In this document: piece after piece, positions 15,601 through 29,833 of the stretch
How positions within the stretch are numbered: the stretch's first letter is position 1
How the letters are laid out: every line of letters begins with the position of its first letter
From: the human T2T-CHM13v2.0 reference genome, Homo sapiens
Direction: 5' to 3' (one strand)
Assembly: GCF_009914755.1 (NCBI RefSeq)
Contig: NC_060930.1
DNA length: 64,000 nucleotides
Made by a program: the position numbers and the translations under genes
Notes under the pieces: generated by a model
Told to the model about the DNA's origin: nothing
The model's input: only the letters and a program-made list of their open reading frames with translations
The model's database searches: none

Positions 15601-16257
15601 TGATATGGCTCAGATGACTGGAGGAGCACCAGGGTTCTTGGTCTAGCACACACTTGGATAAAATGACACAGACACACCTGGAGTGGTTTTAAGGAGCGAA
15701 AAGTTTAATATACAAGAAAGAAGGAAGGAAGAAGAAAACAGCTCCCCAGTACAGAGACAGAGGGAGAGGGGATTTGAACAGAGAGAAAACCCCGGTGGGG
15801 AGAAGGGATGTGGGGGGAGGGCGTGTGTGTGGTGTAATCAGCTAGTTATATGAGGAGGCTGGAGGAGGCGGTGCTGGCTTGCATAGGGCTCAGAGGATTG
15901 GTTTGACCAGGCAGGTCATTCACATAGCCTGCGAAAAAGCTGGCCCTCACAGTCTAGCCTTTTAAGATGCAAATGCAGGGCGCCATGATGTTCTACACAC
16001 GTGGGGATATGTGGGGGCGGCCATGTTGCCAGCCACCTGTTGGGTCAAGGAAGAAACCTGGAATCTCCATGTTTGGGTGGACTCAGTTTCCAGTGGCCTG
16101 CGTTTGCATATCAAAGCTTGCCAGTGGCTCTTAGAGCTGGCGCTCTCCTGTTAGACAAGAAAGGTTTCTGGATCTGCTTTAAAAGAAACAAAAACTTCCC
16201 AAGGACCTCTTTTCCTCTCTATCTGCCTAAAATAATTTCTTAATAACTCCTATAACA
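15601..16257 (-). mobile_element. Intact ERV1 solo LTR (LTR27/LTR9-like)
   Basis: TG...CA termini; 4-bp TSD ATAA at 15597-15600 and 16258-16261; octamer ATGCAAAT at 15967. Confidence 0.8.
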
Positions 16258-17231
16258 ATAAGGGGGTGGTCCATTCCCACATGTAAATTGAGGCTTTTCC
16301 CAGAAATAGGGTGAATAGATGCTGAGTTACCCCAGTCAGCAAATGTCCATTTATCTCATTTGTGAACTCTGGACTCTGCACAGAGACTGTGGTGACACAG
16401 GCTGTCCTGTGACCCTGTGGCTGGGTCAGCTCCTGTGTCTGCGACAGGATGCCCTGAGTCCCCATGGATTCCTCAACCCCACACCCTGTCCTACTCTTAG
16501 CCAAGTCAGCCATGCCCCTCTGAGGGCTACGCTGCTTCAATAGGCCTGGCTTCCTAAGTACCTTTCATTATCACCCAGGCTCATACCCAGAAGCAAAGCA
16601 GAAATTTCTTTTGAGATCCAGGGTGGGAAATGGTCAGTTGAATTGAGTTGCAACCGAAGGTGAGGAAACGTCTTTTATGAAAACCCATTTCCCTCTGTCG
16701 GAGGTGATTTCAGTCACATTTTCCAAGCTCAGGATAATTTACCCCCTACCAGGGTGCACTGCAGAAGGTCTGGCTGGAAGGCCCCGAGCACAGGAGTTGA
16801 TTGCTAGCTGCTAAGAGGCTGCGCTTTGTTCCCGAAGGAGAAAGCTGCAGGTTAAGAGAACATTCCCCACCTTGCCAGGGGTGACAAAGCAGGGGACTGC
16901 TTGAGGGCTGACACTGGAGTTAGAGATAATGAAAGGAGAGGAGGAAGAAGAAGCCAGGGCCTGGCTCAGCATCTCACCGCATTGGTGGGGAGAGGAGCTG
17001 CTCACCTTCTCGCACCTGTTGTTGGGCTGAGACAGATTTTCAGAGAGCAATGCCTCCTGGACAGAGGCTCTTCCCCACAGGGCAAATGTAATTAGATGAG
17101 AGAAAAACAAAGCTCTGAAACCCTAATTAGGTGCCAAGCCCTCAGGCTTTATACATCTAAACAGCTAAGGAACAGAGGATAAGATTCTCCAGTCGGCACT
17201 CCCTTGCCAGTCCTGGCTGAGCTAATGGTGA

Positions 17232-17646
<415 letters not shown>

Positions 17647-18869
17647 TGAAGGTCTATCAGTTCTTGAAATTGGGTTGTTTTAAGTAACTGATGTGCTGGG
17701 ATGACAGTGAAGAAGACAAGATAGGGATTCCTCTTCCTAAACTTTAGGGCCTGAAGGGACTCCTCATTGACAGCAGATGGGATTTTTAATTTCACTCTGG
17801 GATGGAGGAAGTGGAGAGGTGATCCAGGCTGGATTGAAATCTCTCAAGCCTGGGAGATTTTGCCCAAAGACTTTTGACATGGGAACAGTAGAAACATTGG
17901 GAAAATTGGACTTTCAGGTCAGCATTCTGGGTATTTCCCCAGTCTTCCCAGGGTGGGATCATCTGGCCCCAGTTATGGGAATAAGACCACATAAATAGAA
18001 GATGACTTGGGAAGTCATCTTCCCAAGGTGTCAGGGAGGAGGTGGAGGACCACTGTTCTGATCAGCCTCCTTCAACCTCACAGTGGGGTTGGTCTCAGAT
18101 GGTGCCCAGGAACCTGCCAGCAGCGGCACTTTGATGGCACCAAGATCGTGGGTGCAGGGACCCAGATTTGCTTCCTACTCATGTCTCCCTACCCACTGAA
18201 AAATGGAATATCAGTGAGGAATATCTTAGAGGGCTGCCTTTGCTCCTTTTGCCAGAGAACCAATATTGGTTATTAACAATTGGGCCACATCTGGTGTGCA
18301 GAAAAATGAATATTTTAATAGTGCTTCATAGGGTATCGTAGCATCTTATAAAAAGTGGCCCATCAAATTATTGATTCAATCATTTAAAATGCATTAGCAG
18401 AGGATGCCTATCAGACTAAGACATCCATGTTTCTGATCCAGTGAAAAGGGTCCAGGTAAGGAACACATATGAAGCCTCTTGGCATCCTTGTGTGAGCACG
18501 GTGCATGACGTGGCCATCAGTATCATTGTTTTCTTTGAGTTTTTGCTTGAGTGTTGAGATGTGTGAGGGATAGAAGATCCTTGTTTGCTTCTAGTCCTGA
18601 CCTACACTGTCCATTAGGGAAATAATTTGTTTTCTTGAACCCATTATATGAATAATTTTGTTTTTAATCAATAGAAACAAATGGTCTTTATTTAACTAAC
18701 AGAAAAAATTCCAATGAGGCCAGGCCACATAGGGGTTTCTGTAAATGTCATATCATTTCTCTTCTGTCCCCTCAGCTAAGAGTATAAAAAGTTCAGGCGA
18801 CCTCCAGGGGCTTTTGCCTACTTAAATAGTATTACTTAGAGATGAGCTAGTACTTGGTTTTAAAAGTAA

Positions 18870-19169
<300 letters not shown>

Positions 19170-19412
19170 CTAAAAGTAACAGTTCTAAGCTTTGTACTTA
19201 CGACACCAAAAACATACAGACTGACATCTAAGTAATTAAGTCAATCATTAAGATATTTAGTTATGTCATGCAAAATAATAATCTCCAAGGAGTTCTCAAA
19301 GAATTCAGTAGTTTGATGTTATTGCCAGCACAGCCTTTCCTGAGTCCTCTTATAAATCTTAAAGAAAAATTTAAGATTTTTAATTTTTAAAGATTTAAAA
19401 ATTTTTAATTAA

Positions 19413-19680
19413 ATTTTTTTTTTAGGGCTGGACTCTTGGTCTGTCGTCCAGGATAGAGGGCAGGGATGCCATCACTACTCACTATAACCTCAAACTCCTG
19501 GGCTCAAGCAATCCTCCCACCTCAGCCTCCGGAGTAGCTGGGACTACAGGCATGCCCCACCACATTCGGCTAATTTTTAAAATTTTTTTGTAGAGACAGG
19601 GTCTCACTATATTGTCCAGGCTGCTCTCAAAATCCTGGCCTAAAGTGATCCTCCTGCCTCAGCCTCCTGAGTAGCTGGGT
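19413..19680 (-). mobile_element. AluJ-like, truncated at its 5' end
   Basis: Diverged reverse Alu ending abruptly at gtagctgggt. Confidence 0.85.
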
Positions 19681-19739
19681 TAGATCCTGGCAAATGAAAG
19701 GGCCCCAGCTTTGAACTACCTTTGGGGAAGATCTCACTG

Positions 19740-22700
19740 CACACGGGTTCTCACACAGCACACCCCGTCACACACATGAACTCACACTGAGAACATATGA
19801 ACACTACACACACGTTCTCACACAGCACACCCTGTCACACATATGAACTCACACTGAGAACACGGGCATCACACATAGGGACTCACGCACAGAGGACATG
19901 TGAACACTACACACATGTTCTCACACAGCACACGCCCCGTCACACCCATGAACTCACACCGAGAACACAACATCACACACAGGGACTCACGCACAGAGGA
20001 CATGTGAACACTACACACACGTTCTCACACAGCACACCCCGTCACACCCATGAACTCACACCGAGAACACAACATCACACACAGGGACTCACACACAGAG
20101 GACATGTGGACACTACACACACGTTCTCACACAGCACACCCCGTCACACCCATGAACTCACACCGAGAACACAACATCACACACAGGGACTCACGCGCAG
20201 AGGACATGTGGACACTACACACACGTTCTCACACAGCACACCCCGTCACACCCATGAACTCACACCGAGAACACAACATCACACACAGGGACTCACGCGC
20301 AGAGGACATGTGGACACTACACACACGTTCTCACACAGCACACCCCGTCACACCCATGAACTCACACCGAGAACACAACATCACACACAGGGACTCACGC
20401 ACAGAGGACATGTGGACACTACACACACGTTCTCACACAGCACACCCCGTCACACACATGAACTCACACCGAGAACACAACATCACACACAGGGACTCAC
20501 GCACAGAGGACATGTGGACACTACACACACGTTCTCACACAGCACACCCCATCACACCCATGAACTCACACCGAGAACACAACATCACACACAGGGACTC
20601 ACGCACAGAGGACATGTGGACACTACACACACGTTCTCACACAGCACACACCCCGTCACACCCATGAACTCACACCGAGAACAAAACATCACACACAGGG
20701 ACTCACGCACAGAGGACATGTGAACACTACACACACGTTCTCACACAGCACACCCCGTCACACCCATGAACTCACACCGAGAACACAACATCACACACAG
20801 GGACTCACGCACAGAGGACATGTGGACACTACACACACGTTCTCACACAGCACACCCCGTCACACCCATGAACTCACACCGAGAACACAACATCACACAT
20901 GGGGACTCACGCACAGAGGACATGTGAACACTACACACACGTTCTCACACAGCACACCCCGTCACACCCATGAACTCACACCGAGAACACAACATCACAC
21001 ACAGGGACTCACACGCAGAGGACATGTGGACACTACACACACGTTCTCACACAGCACACCCCGTCACACCCATGAACTCACACCGAGAACACAACATCAC
21101 ACACAGGGACTCACGCGCAGAGGACATGTGGACACTACACACACGTTCTCACACAGCACACCCCGTCACACCCATGAACTCACACCGAGAACACAACATC
21201 ACACACAGGGACTCACGCGCAGAGGACATGTGGACACTACACACACGTTCTCACACAGCACACCCCGTCACACCCATGAACTCACACCGAGAACACAACA
21301 TCACACACAGGGACTCACGCACAGAGGACATGTGGACACTACACACACGTTCTCACACAGCACACCCCGTCACACACATGAACTCACACCGAGAACACAA
21401 CATCACACACAGGGACTCACGCACAGAGGACATGTGGACACTACACACACGTTCTCACACAGCACACCCCATCACACCCATGAACTCACACCGAGAACAC
21501 AACATCACACACAGGGACTCACGCACAGAGGACATGTGGACACTACACACACGTTCTCACACAGCACACACCCCGTCACACCCATGAACTCACACCGAGA
21601 ACAAAACATCACACACAGGGACTCACGCACAGAGGACATGTGAACACTACACACACGTTCTCACACAGCACACCCCGTCACACCCATGAACTCACACCGA
21701 GAACACAACATCACACACAGGGACTCACGCACAGAGGACATGTGGACACTACACACACGTTCTCACACAGCACACCCCGTCACACCCATGAACTCACACC
21801 GAGAACACAACATCACACATGGGGACTCACGCACAGAGGACATGTGAACACTACACACACGTTCTCACACAGCACACCCCGTCACACCCATGAACTCACA
21901 CCGAGAACACAACATCACACACGGGGACTCACGCGCAGAGGACATGTGGACACTACACACACGTTCTCACACAGCACACGCCCCGTCACACTCATGAACT
22001 CACACCGAGAACACAACATCACACACGGGGACTCACGCGCAGAGGACATGTGAACACTACACACATGTTCTCACACAGCACACCCCGTCACACCCATGAA
22101 CTCACACCGAGAACACAACATCACACATGGGGACTCACGCGCAGAGGACATGTGAACACTACACACACGTTCTCACACAGCACACCCCGTCACACACATG
22201 AACTCACACCGAGAACACAACATCACACACAGGGACTCACGCACAGAGGACATGTGGACACTACACACACGTTCTCACACAGCACACGCCGCATCACACC
22301 CATGAACTCACACCGAGAACACAACATCACACACAGGGACTCACGCGCAGAGGACATGTGGACACTACACACACGTTCTCACACAGCACACGCCGCATCA
22401 CACCCATGAACTCACACCGAGAACACAACATCACACACAGGGACTCACGCACAGAGGACATGTGAACACTACACACATGTTCTCACACAGCACACGCCCC
22501 GTCACACCCATGAACTCACACCGAGAACACAACATCACACACGGGGACTCACGCGCAGAGGACATGTGAACACTACACACACGTTCTCACACAGCACACC
22601 CCGTCACACCCATGAACTCACACCGAGAACACAACATCACACACAGGGACTCACGCACAGAGGACATGTGGACACTACACACACGTTCTCACACAGCACA

Positions 22701-25700
22701 CCCCGTCACACCCATGAACTCACACCGAGAACAAAACATCACACACAGGGACTCACGCACAGAGGACATGTGGACACTACACACACGTTCTCACACAGCA
22801 CACGCCGCATCACACCCATGAACTCACACCGAGAACACAACATCACACACGGGGACTCACGCGCAGAGGACATGTGAACACTACACACATGTTCTCACAC
22901 AGCACACACCCCGTCACACCCATGAACTCACACCGAGAACACAACATCACACACGGGGACTCACGCACAGAGGACATGTGGACACTACACACACGTTCTC
23001 ACACAGCACACCCCGTCACACCCATGAACTCACACCGAGAACACAACATCACACACGGGGACTCACGCGCAGAGGACATGTGAACACTACACACATGTTC
23101 TCACACAGCACACGCCCCGTCACACCCATGAACTCACACCGAGAACACAACATCACACACGGGGACTCACGCGCAGAGGACATGTGAACACTACACACAC
23201 GTTCTCACACAGCACACCCCGTCACACCCATGAACTCACACCGAGAACACAACATCACACACGGGGACTCACGCACAGAGGACATGTGGACACTACACAC
23301 ACGTTCTCACACAGCACACCCCGTCACACCCATGAACTCACACCGAGAACAAAACATCACACACAGGGACTCACGCACAGAGGACATGTGGACACTACAC
23401 ACACGTTCTCACACAGCACACGCCGTCACACCCATGAACTCACACCGAGAACACATCACACACAGGGACTCACGCGCAGAGGACATGTGGACACTACACA
23501 CACGTTCTCACACAGCACACGCCGCATCACACCCATGAACTCACACCGAGAACACATCACACACAGGGACTCACGCGCAGAGGACATGTGGACACTACAC
23601 ACACGTTCTCACACAGCACACCGCGTCACACCCATGAACTCACACCGAGAACAAAACATCACACACAGGGACTCACGCACAGAGGACATGTGAACACTAC
23701 ACACACGTTCTCACACAGCACACCCCGTCACACCCATGAACTCACACCGAGAACACAACATCACACACAGGGACTCACGCACAGAGGACATGTGGACACT
23801 ACACACACGTTCTCACACAGCACACCCCGTCACACCCATGAACTCACACCGAGAACAAAACATCACACACAGGGACTCACGCACAGAGGACATGTGGACA
23901 CTACACACACGTTCTCACACAGCACACCCCGTCACACCCATGAACTCACACCGAGAACACATCACACACAGGGACTCACGCGCAGAGGACATGTGGACAC
24001 TACACACACGTTCTCACACAGCACACGCCGCATCACACCCATGAACTCACACCGAGAACACATCACACACAGGGACTCACGCGCAGAGGACATGTGGACA
24101 CTACACACACGTTCTCACACAGCACACCCCGTCACACCCATGAACTCACACCGAGAACAAAACATCACACACAGGGACTCACGCACAGAGGACATGTGAA
24201 CACTACACACACGTTCTCACACAGCACACCCCGTCACACCCATGAACTCACACCGAGAACACAACATCACACACAGGGACTCACGCACAGAGGACATGTG
24301 GACACTACACACACGTTCTCACACAGCACACCCCGTCACACCCATGAACTCACACCGAGAACAAAACATCACACACAGGGACTCACGCACAGAGGACATG
24401 TGGACACTACACACACGTTCTCACACAGCACACGCCGCATCACACCCATGAACTCACACCGAGAACACATCACACACAGGGACTCACGCGCAGAGGACAT
24501 GTGGACACTACACACACGTTCTCACACAGCACACCCCGTCACACCCATGAACTCACACCGAGAACAAAACATCACACACAGGGACTCACGCACAGAGGAC
24601 ATGTGGACACTACACACACGTTCTCACACAGCACACCCCGTCACACCCATGAACTCACACCGAGAACACATCACACACGGGGACTCACGCGCAGAGGACA
24701 TGTGAACACTACACACATGTTCTCACACAGCACACACCCCGTCACACCCATGAACTCACACCGAGAACACAACATCACACACAGGGACTCACGCACAGAG
24801 GACATGTGGACACTACACACACGTTCTCACACAGCACACCCCGTCACACCCATGAACTCACACCGAGAACACAACATCACACACAGGGACTCACGCGCAG
24901 AGGACATGTGAACACTACACACATGTTCTCACACAGCACACACCCCGTCACACCCATGAACTCACACCGAGAACACAACATCACACACAGGGACTCACGC
25001 ACAGAGGACATGTGAACACTACACACACGTTCTCACACAGCACACCCCGTCACACCCATGAACTCACACCGAGAACACAACATCACACACAGGGACTCAC
25101 GCACAGAGGACATGTGGACACTACACACACGTTCTCACACAGCACACCCCGTCACACCCATGAACTCACACCGAGAACACAACATCACACACGGGGACTC
25201 ACGCGCAGAGGACATGTGAACACTACACACATGTTCTCACACAGCACACACCCCGTCACACCCATGAACTCACACCGAGAACACAACATCACACACAGGG
25301 ACTCACGCACAGAGGACATGTGAACACTACACACACGTTCTCACACAGCACACCCCATCACACCCATGAACTCACACCGAGAACACATCACACACAGGGA
25401 CTCACGCACAGAGGACATGTGGACACTACACACACGTTCTCACACAGCACACCCCGTCACACCCATGAACTCACACCGAGAACAAAACATCACACACAGG
25501 GACTCACGCACAGAGGACATGTGGACACTACACACACGTTCTCACACAGCACACCCCGTCACACCCATGAACTCACACCGAGAACACAACATCACACACG
25601 GGGACTCACGCGCAGAGGACATGTGAACACTACACACATGTTCTCACACAGCACACACCCCGTCACACCCATGAACTCACACCGAGAACACAACATCACA

Positions 25701-25775
25701 CACAGGGACTCACGCATAGAGGACATGTGAACACTACACACACGTTCTCACACAGCACACACCCCGTCACACCCA
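19740..25775. repeat. 102-bp CA-rich VNTR, ~59 units (100/102/104-bp variants)
   Basis: Unit gttctcacacagcacaccccgtcacacccatgaactcacaccgagaacacaacatcacacacagggactcacgcacagaggacatgtggacactacacacac; period 102 measured 20021 to 20123. Confidence 0.98.
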
Positions 25776-25784
25776 CACCCCCAC

Positions 25785-27050
25785 ATGCGTAGACACACAC
25801 ATCCTTACTCTGCGTGCATCCCTGGCCTGGTGGACGGAAGATCGAGCGCTCTGGGTGGACTTACGGCCACAGGACGGGGGCAGAGTCGGCAGGGAGGCCC
25901 CTCCGAGGCCCAGTGGGCCCCGCGCTGGCCCCGGCCGCAGACGCCCACCTGCTGCTGTGCTGGCTGCGGCGTGTGCCCCGGGCTCTGCGGCTGACCTGGC
26001 CTCCACGTCTCACCCATGAAGCAGGCATGAAAGGCTGGCCAGGTTGGCTAAATGGGACCACAGCAGAAGCATGAGCCCCAGAATGTGCACGAAGGAAGAG
26101 AGAGCCGGGGGAGGTGGCGGGCTGGGTGTGCAGAGTGGGCCTGAGCTCCGGCCTCCTCCCTGGACGCCCTCCCGTGGCCGCAGCCATCCCTGCACCCACT
26201 GGTGTGGCCTGACCCCTCACCCTGAGCCCACCCTTCGCGGCCACTAGGGAACCTCAGGAGAGGCCGCCGCGGTGGGGTGGGCGGATTCCCCCGGAGCAGG
26301 CCCAGGCCCCTGCTCCTGAGCTCTCCTGCAGCGCCGTCTGCTGGCCACAGAGAACCCGCGTGTGCCGGCCGCCAGGCCTGGGCATCTCCTCTCCTGCAGC
26401 GCCGCCTGCTGGCCACAGAGAACCCGCGTGCGCCGGCCGCCTGGCCTGGGCATCTCCTCTCCTGCAGCGCCGCCTGCTGGCCACAGAGAGCCCACGTGCG
26501 CCGGCCGCCAGGCCTGGGCATCTCCTCTCCTGCAGCGCCGCCTGCTGGCCACAGAGAACCCGCGTGCGCCGGCCGCCAGGCCTGGGCATCTCCTCTCCTG
26601 CAGCGCCGCCTGCTGGCCACAGAGAACCCGCGTGCGCCGGCCGCCAGGCCTGGGCATCTCCTCTCCTGCAGCGCCGCCTGCTGGCCACAGAGAACCCGCG
26701 TGCGCCGGCCGCCTGGCCTGGGCATCTCCTCTCCTGCAGCGCCGCCTGCTGGCCACAGAGAACCCGCGTGTGCCGGCCGCCAGGCCTGGGCATCTCCTCT
26801 CCTGCAGCGCCGCCTGCTGGCCACAGAGAACCCACGTGTGCCGGCCGCCAGGCCTGGGCATCTCCTCTCCTGCAGCGCCGCCTGCTGGCCACAGAGAACC
26901 CACGTGCGCCGGCCGCCTGGCCTGGGCATCTCCTCTCCTGCAGCGCCGCCTGCTGGCCACAGAGAACCCGCGTGCGCCGGCCGCCAGGCCTGGGCATCTC
27001 CCCGGGCCCTAGTTCCCCCCCTCACCTAAGGGGAGGGACTCCCGTCTTTC
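25785..27050. promoter_or_regulatory. CpG-island-like region (candidate promoter/insulator)
   Basis: High GC and CpG density, including the 68-bp VNTR; lies upstream of the 102-nt exon candidate. Confidence 0.55.
26321..27002. repeat. 68-bp GC-rich VNTR, 10 copies, one CTCF-like motif per unit
   Basis: Period 68 (26321, 26389, 26457); minus strand reads TGGCCAGCAGGCGGCGCTG in copies 2-10, with one substitution in copy 1. Confidence 0.95.
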
Positions 27051-28419
27051 CATCCACCCCCTCCTTGCCTCTGCAGAGCTCCAGGGAAGGCTGGCACCCG
27101 CTCACTGCATTTAGACTCCATCAGGTTCAGACAGTGGGTCAGGGTACAAGGCTTCAGCGGCCAGGGATGTGGCCTCTAATTTGTAGAGAGAAAGAAGGGC
27201 AGAGGCAAAGGTTTGGGCCCAGGGACTGGGCTCCGTTTCCAGAATCACTCTTGGAGCTGGTGAGCAGAGGGCTGGACACTGCCCTCCATGACCAGCACTG
27301 CCCTCCACCCTAGCTCACTCCCCTAGCTGGCCCAGGGGTTCAGGCTTTCCTTTCATAAAGTGGGGTCCAGGAAAGGCAAAACCTCCTCCCCTGGGCCACA
27401 CGAACCGTGGTGCACAGGCTCCCACTAGGTGGGCCAGTCAGCTCATCCCATGGACACACCAGGGGCATCGAGAAAGGAATAGCGACCTGAACCCCATACC
27501 CGAAGGGTGGCCCTCAGGACCCCCAAGGCAGGGAACAGGCTGCAGAGGGTTTGGGGGAGCATCTTGGTGCATAGAAAACAAACACTCTGGGAAGCTGCTG
27601 TGAGTGTGTGTGGCTCTCAGGCCTGTTCTGTCCTGGGTGCGCTGCGTTCCCCAGGCGGCACCATCTCTCTGCCTCTGTACCCTTGAATTCCCTCTGCCTG
27701 CACCCGGTCCCCACCCACCTCCTGCCCAGCCCCACAAGCCCTTCCAGACCACTGCTGGGGCATTCCTGGGCCCCCTCGGTTCTTGGTGACTACCATGCAG
27801 TTCTCTATGGAAACTGACTCTCACTGAAAACAAGTGTAACCGTCTACCTGAGAGACTCACACAGAGTTCTCAGCCAGGTCTCCAGGACAATCAGACGCAA
27901 CTTGTCATTCTCACTCATCCCATCACCCGACTAGCTTCTCAGCCCAGCCCCGGGGGAGGTTTTCCCCTTACTTGAAATGCCTCTTGGATTTGAAAAATCC
28001 CAGCGTTCACCCCTGGTGCCGACACTTGCCTCTGTAACCTTCTGCCTGCTGCTTTGCTCTCATCCAGACCGGTTGGCACTTGGACCCCTCTGGCCAGCTG
28101 GTTCCCCAGAGACAACCATCTTGCCCACCTTGTGGAAGGCCCCATGGCCTGCGTCACCCCTCACTCCCATTTCACAGCTCTCGTGGTGCTCTACAAGAAA
28201 AATCTGCTTTATAGATGAGGAAAGGCCCTTGGGGCAGACAAGACAGTCCCTGTTTGACATAATTCCTTTATCTCTTCTCCCCCAGCTCTGCTGCCCCCTG
28301 CCCCATACACGTGATGGAGCAGAAAACGTGCTGTGTGAACCTGTGACTTCAGGGCCTGTTGACGTGGTCGTGCTTGCATACTCTCTGGTGAGGGGTGGGG
28401 AGAGGGGGTGGGAGACGGG

Positions 28420-28702
28420 TAGAAATAGATGAAGTAGATGATGGGTGGATTGCTGGCTAGATAGATGATAGATAGGGATAGGTGGTATATGGGTGATAGG
28501 TAACAGGTGATGGATAGATGATAGAAATAGATGATGGATAGATACTTGATAGGCAAATTAGATAATAGATAGCAATAGATGAACTAGATGATAGATGGAA
28601 AGGTAGGTAGGTAGATATATGATAGATGGTTGATAGATAAAAATAGATGAAATAGATGGCATGGTTAGATAGGTGGGTAGGTAGATAGATGACAGATAGA
28701 AA
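28420..28702. repeat. Degenerate (GATA/TAGA/GGTA)n
   Basis: Seen directly. Confidence 0.9.
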
Positions 28703-29704
28703 GACAATAGACCACTGGGGGCTGAGCCTGGCCTGAGCCAGAAAAGTGAGAAGGGGACAGCGGTGAGGACCCCACAGGTCCCTGCTCTCACCCCTATTAG
28801 CCCCAGTGTTTGGCCTCAGCTCTGACTGACAGCTCCCTCTTTCCGAGATGAGACTCAAGAGGAGGAAGAGGGGACTTCCTAAGGACAGGGATTCTTGGTG
28901 TCTCCTTGGGGGTGGTAGACACTGCCTGCCTCGCCTGCTGTGGCCTCTCTGCACACAACCAACGACCCCTAAAGGGCTCCATGGGCGCCCATGCTGCCCC
29001 CATCAGCTGACACCCCCTGTGCGAAGATTCTCCTCCTCCTCTTCCTCCTGCCTTTCTGTCCCCTCATCCTCCTCTTTATGGAATTAACTTCCCTTGGTCA
29101 ACATCTTCCTGCTTCACTCACTTCCCTAAACTCCTCCCTATCCCTTCTCAATCTGCAAGAAAAATGTAGAAGGAATATGGTAAAGGAAAGCTTTGAGCCC
29201 ATATTTGGGTCCAATGCCGACACCACATGCCCCAAAGCCCCCTTGAGAGCATCCACGTCCGTGTAGTTGAGTATTGCCCGAGCTGGAGTGAGATTTGCCT
29301 CTCTACGGAGCTGCCTTCCTGCAGTTCAAGAGCACTGTCTCTTTTCTGGGCCTCCTGCCTGGTGCAAGGGCCCCAGCTGAGCCTCCTCCAGCTCTGACCT
29401 CTGGTGGTTCCGGGCTGCCCCAGAGGGTCTTGCCCAGGCTCTGACACTTGGCATGGTCTGGGAGCTCCAGCAGCCACAGCCCAGCCCTGGGGAGGCTTTG
29501 TGGTCTCTGAGGGGGAAGGTGCACTCCCCCAACTCCAGTTCATGTTTTTCCCTCCAACTCTAAGCCTTTTTCTTCCTCTGCTATTACCCAGGCACCCTAC
29601 CCTGTCAACAACACTGGCCTTCAAGACCCTTTGTAGCATAACTCCCACCTATAACTCCCACCTGAAGCCAGCCCTTCCCACCTCTGCGCCTCTGATGCCC
29701 AGGA

Positions 29705-29833
29705 CAGCTCTGACCATGGGCAGCTCTGACCCAGGACAGCTCTGACCTTGGGCAGCCCTGATCTGGGGCAGCTCTGACCTCGAGTAGCTGTGACCCTGGG
29801 CAGCTCTGACTCTGGGTAGTCGTGACCCTGGGG
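29705..29833. repeat. Degenerate 16-bp minisatellite, 8 copies (cagctctgaccctggg)
   Basis: Eight consecutive 16-nt units read directly. Confidence 0.85.

Noticed and set aside
19797-25730. Long His/Thr-rich ORFs (up to 308 aa)
   Set aside because: They arise because the 102-bp unit is a multiple of 3 and stop-poor. Frames break at 100/104-bp units and there is no sign of coding constraint.
26048-27313. Overlapping 200-325 aa ORFs on both strands
   Set aside because: Stop-free GC-rich 68-bp VNTR, open in essentially all frames.
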